Shown here piece after piece: positions 59,337-64,000 of a DNA stretch of 64,000 nt. The DNA is from an uncultured candidate division Zixibacteria bacterium (GTDB lineage: Bacteria; Zixibacteria; MSB-5A5; RBG-16-43-9), in the NCBI GenBank assembly GCA_963713865.1, contig OY970208.1:1152001-1216000 (forward strand). The letters are read 5' to 3'. Position numbers and translations under genes: made by a program. The notes under the pieces are model-generated. The model searched no databases. It worked only from the letters and a program-made list of their open reading frames with translations, and had not been told where the DNA came from. Numbering within the stretch: position 1 is the stretch's first letter; each line of letters starts with the position of its first letter.

Positions 59337-60244
59337 AAGGAACGCAAGGTAAAAAATCTATATTAGAATTGGGCAGGGAAAAGGTGGTTTTATTGGATGG
59401 GGCAATGGGAACGATGCTTTTCTCTGCGGGTCTGCCCTACAATAAACCGCCTGAACTGTGGAACCTTTCACATCCAGAAATAATTTTAAAGATTCACCAG
59501 AGATATATCCGGGCAGGTGTAGATATAATCCAGACCAATACTTTCGGAGCAAGCAGCCTGAAGTTAAAAAAATCAGGAAATGAAAAGAAGGTGGGGAAAA
59601 TCAATCTATCTGCAGTGAGGATTGCAAATGAAGCCTGTCCGGTTGACAAGTATGTTGCCGGGAATATCGGACCCAGCGGTGAATTTTTTGAGCCTTTAGG
59701 TAAGGCAAAATTTAGAGAGCTAAAAAAAGTTTTTTCCAGACAGGCTGAACTGCTTTTGGGAGGTGGAGTTGACCTTTTTTCTATTGAGACGATGTTTGAT
59801 TTAAGAGAAGCCTTATCCGCAGTTGAAGGAGTTAGGGAAGTATCTTCACTTCCCCTTTTCATCTGTATGACCTTTGAAAAAAAAATCAAGGGGTATTTTA
59901 CGCTGATGGGGGATGAGGTTTCATTCTCTTTGAAAAAGCTCGAAGAGGCAGGTGCGGATGTGGTTGGGGCTAACTGTACCCTGGGTAGTGCAGAGATGAT
60001 AGGATTGATCCCGGTAATGAAGAAAAGCACAAATCTACCGCTAATAGTTCAGCCAAATGCTGGAAAACCGGTGATTCGCAAAGGGAAAACGGTTTATCTT
60101 CAAAAACCAGATTCTTTTGCTAAGGATATATTTAGGATGATAAAGTCAGGGGTTAATTTTGCAGGAGGGTGCTGTGGCACTACCCCGGAATTTATTAGAA
60201 AGATTAAGGAAGGTTTGGAAAACTGTGAAAGACGGAAGTGCTGA
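59333..60244 (+). CDS. Homocysteine S-methyltransferase (MetH Hcy-binding module)
   Basis: LLDGAMGT, TNTFG, IETM.D, GANC, PNAGKP, GGCCGTTP zinc ligands. Confidence 0.93.
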   Translation: MKGTQGKKSILELGREKVVLLDGAMGTMLFSAGLPYNKPPELWNLSHPEIILKIHQRYIRAGVDIIQTNTFGASSLKLKKSGNEKKVGKINLSAVRIANEACPVDKYVAGNIGPSGEFFEPLGKAKFRELKKVFSRQAELLLGGGVDLFSIETMFDLREALSAVEGVREVSSLPLFICMTFEKKIKGYFTLMGDEVSFSLKKLEEAGADVVGANCTLGSAEMIGLIPVMKKSTNLPLIVQPNAGKPVIRKGKTVYLQKPDSFAKDIFRMIKSGVNFAGGCCGTTPEFIRKIKEGLENCERRKC

Positions 60245-60451
60245 GTAGTAAAGGGTGTAGAGACGCATTGCTATGCGTTTCTACGAAAGAATAATCGCGT
60301 AAGGGTGGGTGAAGAGCTGGTTGAGCGAAGCGAAATCCCGCTTTAGCGGGATCTCCACCCTTCACCCTTGTCAGGTCGGGGGACCTGACAAACACTGAGT
60401 ATTTTTTAATGATTAAAGCTAAAGCTTTACACTCCAGTTTGAAGATAAAAT

Positions 60452-61090
60452 ATGTTTGAGATAATTGAGAATTTCAAGGTAACAGTTGATCATAAGGAAA
60501 TATTAAGGCTTTTAGGGCATACCCCAGAAGATAAAAAGATAAAAGATAGCTCAAGGAAATTGATTGTGGAGATGATAGAGCTTTCTTTTGAGCTGACTAA
60601 ACCTAAAGGGATTTATACTGTCAAAGATATAAAAGAATTGCCAGAAGAATGCTCTTTTAACTCAGGTGAAAAAGTTGCATTCGGAATATCTACTATCAGT
60701 GAGAAGTTAGAGAAAAAGGTTAAGAGTTTAAGTTCTAAGGGTGAACAAACCAGAGCGGTTATTTTGGATGCCATTGGTTCTGTGGCGGCTGAATATACAG
60801 CAGAATATCTGAATCAGATTATCATAGATAAAGCTGAAGAAGATAATCTATATCATAGCCCCAGGTTCAGTCCGGGATATGGAGGATGGAAGTTAGAAGG
60901 GCAGAGACTTATCTTCAATTTATTACCAGCAGAAAAGATCAGAGTGAGTTTAAATCAATTTTATATGATGGTACCTAAAAAATCGGTCTCCTTTGCAGTT
61001 AATTTGAGCAGAAATCGTTTTAAAGGGAAAAACCTGTCACCCTGCGAAATCTGTGGATTAAAAGAGTGCCATTTTAAAAAAGAAAAATGA
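60452..61090 (+). CDS. Methionine synthase reactivation-domain protein
   Basis: LDAIGS..AE, RFSPGYG.W....Q, M.PKKSVS, C-terminal C..C....C. Confidence 0.88.
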   Translation: MFEIIENFKVTVDHKEILRLLGHTPEDKKIKDSSRKLIVEMIELSFELTKPKGIYTVKDIKELPEECSFNSGEKVAFGISTISEKLEKKVKSLSSKGEQTRAVILDAIGSVAAEYTAEYLNQIIIDKAEEDNLYHSPRFSPGYGGWKLEGQRLIFNLLPAEKIRVSLNQFYMMVPKKSVSFAVNLSRNRFKGKNLSPCEICGLKECHFKKEK

Positions 61091-61100
61091 AGGAGGGAAC

Positions 61101-62579
61101 TTGAGGATATTCAGGCGTCCTGAATTAGAACTCTTAGATAAGAAAAGGGTTGAGCATATTATAGATGAAGCTTTGGAGCTGCTTTTAAAGGTTGGAGTTT
61201 TTGTGGAGAACAAAGAAGGGCTTGCTCTTTTGGGTGATGCTGGAACAGGGATAGATAAGAAGAAGAAAAGAGCCTATCTTAAAAAAGAGTTGGTTGAAAG
61301 ATGTCTTAAAACTTGTCCAAAGGTAATTGAGGTTTATGACCGTGAAGAGAGGTTAGCTCTAAATCTAAAAGAAGATAAAGTCCATTTCAATCCCGGCTCT
61401 GCGGCTCTTTGGATTTATGACTTAAAAAAAGATGTGATCAGAGAACCAGTAACTTCTGATCTGATTAAATTTGCCCAGCTGGTGGATGGGTTGGATTACC
61501 TGAAAGCCCAGAGCACTGCTTTAATCCCTTCGGATGTGCCCAAGAAAATGGCAGATCGGTATCGGCTTTTCATTTCACTTTTATTTTCAGTTAAGCCAGT
61601 TATCACCGGGACATTTGAGAAAGATGCTTTTAAGATTATGAAAGATATGCTGGTTTGTATTAGAGGTGGCGAGGGTAATTTAAGAAAAAAGCCCTTAGCC
61701 ATTTTCGACTGTTGTCCATCGCCCCCTTTGAAATGGAGCGATTTAACCTGCCAGAACTTGATCGATTGTGCGAAAAGCGGGATCCCGGCTGAGCTGGTCT
61801 CTATGCCTTTAAGCGGGGCAACTGCACCGATTACCTTAGTTGGAAGCTTAGTTCAGCATACGGCGGAGAATCTAAGCGGGATCGTTATCCATCAACTTAC
61901 TCGCAGAGGTTCGCCGATTATCTACGGTGGCTCACCCTCCGGTTTTGATATGAGGACCGGGACAACTCCCATGGGGGCAATCGAGACTATGATGATAGAT
62001 TCAGCTTTTAACCAGATCGGGAAGTATTTTGGACTCCCCACCCATGCCTATATGGGGCTTAGCGACTCCAAGACAATGGATTATCAAGCCGGTTTAGAAT
62101 CAGGGATCGGTGCGATTTTAGCTGCCTTATCCGGGATAAATGTTGTTTCCGGACCAGGTATGCTCGATTTTGAAAGTTGCCAGAGTTTAGAGAAGCTGGT
62201 TATAGATAACGAGATCTGCGGGATGGCATATCGATTGATTGAGGGGATTAATTTTAAAGATAAAACTCCTTCTTTAGACCTGTTCAAGGAGGAGTTTTTA
62301 GAAAAAGGGTTTTTGACCTCTCCTTATACTCTTAAATGGTTTAAAAAGGAGTTTTTCTTTCCCAGCCAGGTGATAGACCGGTCAAATTTAGGTGAATGGA
62401 TCAAGAAAGGTAAAAAGAGCGCGATCTGGAAAGCCAGGGAACTGGTTGAGAAAATAGTTTCTCTTAAAAGCTTTAACCAGGTTCCGGTAGAAAAAAAGAA
62501 AGAGCTTCAGAAGATTATCCTGATGGATGCGAAGAACTATGAATTTGATCAGGAGTTGAAGAAGAGGTTTAAGAATTGA
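61101..62579 (+). CDS. Non-pyrrolysine MttB/MtgB-family methylamine:corrinoid methyltransferase
   Basis: L..VGV, SPPL.W, M.LSGATAP.TL.G.L.Q..AE.L.G, DMRTG...G.IE, SDSK..DYQAG.E, GML......S.EKLVIDNE; no in-frame TAG. Confidence 0.9.
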   Translation: MRIFRRPELELLDKKRVEHIIDEALELLLKVGVFVENKEGLALLGDAGTGIDKKKKRAYLKKELVERCLKTCPKVIEVYDREERLALNLKEDKVHFNPGSAALWIYDLKKDVIREPVTSDLIKFAQLVDGLDYLKAQSTALIPSDVPKKMADRYRLFISLLFSVKPVITGTFEKDAFKIMKDMLVCIRGGEGNLRKKPLAIFDCCPSPPLKWSDLTCQNLIDCAKSGIPAELVSMPLSGATAPITLVGSLVQHTAENLSGIVIHQLTRRGSPIIYGGSPSGFDMRTGTTPMGAIETMMIDSAFNQIGKYFGLPTHAYMGLSDSKTMDYQAGLESGIGAILAALSGINVVSGPGMLDFESCQSLEKLVIDNEICGMAYRLIEGINFKDKTPSLDLFKEEFLEKGFLTSPYTLKWFKKEFFFPSQVIDRSNLGEWIKKGKKSAIWKARELVEKIVSLKSFNQVPVEKKKELQKIILMDAKNYEFDQELKKRFKN

Positions 62580-62971
62580 TAATAAATGTCATTTTGAGCG
62601 AAGCGAAAAATCTAAGGCTAAAAGGAAGAAGACTCTTTGCCCATTTTTCCCAGAATGACAGAATGAAACAGAAGTATCCAACTTTGACGGACTGTACCTT
62701 TACAATTTCAGTATAATTCTTTACTATTTTACTAAGAAAATTCAAGTTTTCCCTGATTTTGCCGATAAAAACAATAGAACTTTCAAGATTTTTACTTGAC
62801 AAAACCGGTTTTTTACGTATATTGATATTGTAAGGGATTAGAAGGAAAGAGTTAGTTGATTTTAAAATACCTTAAAAGATTTTAATTGACCATGAGAGTT
62901 TTTAGTTTTGTAGTATCTTTCATGGTTTTTTTGTTTTAACGTCAGGTTAGTGAAAGGTGGTGAATAAGATT

Positions 62972-63175
62972 TTGGCAGAAGGGAAAGTGAAGTGGTTCAA
63001 CGAGGCTAAGGGATTTGGATTTATCGAGCCCAAGGAAGGGGGGAAGGATGTCTTTGTGCATTATTCCGCGATAAAGTCGGAGGGATATAAGTCCCTGAAA
63101 GAGGGAGACGAGGTTAGCTTCGATACTACCGAGGGTCCTAAAGGACCGCAGGCAATTAATGTAGTTAAATTATAA
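62972..63175 (+). CDS. cspA: Cold-shock protein
   Basis: G.VKWFN..KGFGFI, DVFVHYS, KGPQA; probable TTG start; TTGACA-16-TATATT promoter near 62796 giving a long 5' UTR. Confidence 0.95.
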   Translation: MAEGKVKWFNEAKGFGFIEPKEGGKDVFVHYSAIKSEGYKSLKEGDEVSFDTTEGPKGPQAINVVKL

Positions 63176-63197
63176 TATAAGATTTAACCGCATTATC

Positions 63198-63229
63198 AAC
63201 CCTCCCGTATAAAAGCGGGAGGGTTTTTT
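63198..63229 (+). terminator. Intrinsic terminator of csp gene
   Basis: AACCCTCCCG-tataaaag-CGGGAGGGTTTTTT. Confidence 0.85.
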
Positions 63230-63457
63230 ATTTTATTTGTAGAGACGCATAGAATGCGTCTCTTTATTATTCCCCTCCTTTTCAAGGAGAGGGTCAGGGT
63301 GAGGTCATAGTACTAAAAAAGGAACAGACAAGATGTCTGTTATACCATTTTTTGTGACCCTGAAAGGGTCACACTACGAAATGCTACCAGGAGTGCATCA
63401 GCTTGTCGAGATTGACCTTGAGGCTGATGCAAACAAAAGCAAGCTTTTGCACTCCAA

Positions 63458-64000
63458 CTAAAACAATCCCAACTGCTCGGTATCTTTTTTTACTTCTACT
63501 TTCTCTCTTTCTTCAAATATTTTTATCTTACCATAGACTCCGTCGTGGCCCGGAATTATAGTCAAATTTCTCTCACTTACTCTTTTGATACCTTCAAGTA
63601 TTTTAGGTGGTGTTTCTAAAGATAATTCCTCCAGCGAAAGGTCAAGAAGGATTTTAAACTCATTTCCGAAGTTCTGGATCATTTTTTTATACTCTTCTTC
63701 CACACCTTTGGTATCCGGTGCTTGACCCAGGGCTTCTGCAATTATTTCTTGTAGCGGAATCAAATTTTTGAAGGGTATAGAATTGGGTGGGATAAACCCT
63801 TCGGGTCTATCGGCTAAATCCTCTACCCGGTGCATCACTCCAACTGTGATCCTTTTATGACAGACCGGACAGAGGTATTTATTTTTTTTGGTCTCTGCTG
63901 GCGAGAATAATACCCCGCAGTTTCTATGTCCATCAAAATGGTATTTCCCTTCTTCGGGGAAAAATTCGAGGGTATATAAAAATTTATTTTTATCCTTTGA
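63458..64000 (-). CDS. 3' part of an endonuclease Q (PHP + Zn finger) family protein, truncated by window end
   Basis: Frame open to 64000: EFFPEEGKYHFDGHR.C, CPVC....TVGVMHRVEDLADR, IPLQEII, PGHDGVYG. Confidence 0.85.
   Translation of the reverse strand, partial: SKDKNKFLYTLEFFPEEGKYHFDGHRNCGVLFSPAETKKNKYLCPVCHKRITVGVMHRVEDLADRPEGFIPPNSIPFKNLIPLQEIIAEALGQAPDTKGVEEEYKKMIQNFGNEFKILLDLSLEELSLETPPKILEGIKRVSERNLTIIPGHDGVYGKIKIFEEREKVEVKKDTEQLGLF

Noticed and set aside
61101-62579. Pyrrolysine-containing MttB
   Set aside because: ORF is uninterrupted with no in-frame TAG, and no pyl genes are in the window
3979-62802. Numerous short antisense or overlapping ORFs in the track (e.g. 3979-4617, 17493-18041, 50069-50566, 53181-53699, 59494-60030)
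   Set aside because: Shadow frames of well-supported genes on the opposite strand, with no recognisable motifs
1-64000. CRISPR array
   Set aside because: Repeats are dispersed, degenerate palindromes, not identical repeats with regular spacers; no cas genes

Overview
AT-rich bacterial chromosomal segment, mostly housekeeping and envelope genes (pdxJ, thyX-nrdJ, acpS, pyrE, murQ, ppdK, corA, pyk, M16 and S46 peptidases, tRNA-Lys). Gene content suggests an anaerobic diderm, possibly an FCB-related candidate phylum such as Zixibacteria; this is inference and was not verified. Nearly every intergenic region is filled with several families of short palindromic REP-like repeats. Main points of interest: (1) a small secreted-peptide gene translationally coupled to a ~964-aa TPR-GAF-sigma54 enhancer-binding protein, a candidate RRNPP-like peptide-sensing sigma54 activator; (2) an intact phage portal + large terminase pair with no other phage genes around it (domesticated or GTA-like); (3) divergent from that pair, a near-consensus sigma54 promoter with two palindromic enhancer-like sites and a structured ~120-nt RNA; (4) a candidate ceramide pathway (Spt, CerR-like, bCerS-like); (5) a split methionine-synthase operon with a non-pyrrolysine MttB in place of the folate module; (6) a PilZ-PilT fusion; (7) a 6S-like RNA. 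Four apparent frameshifts are all a single extra T at the same motif (GTCTGG read as GTTCTGG). This is most likely a systematic, possibly modification-linked, sequencing error rather than true pseudogenisation. All calls are from motif recognition by eye; no database searches were run.
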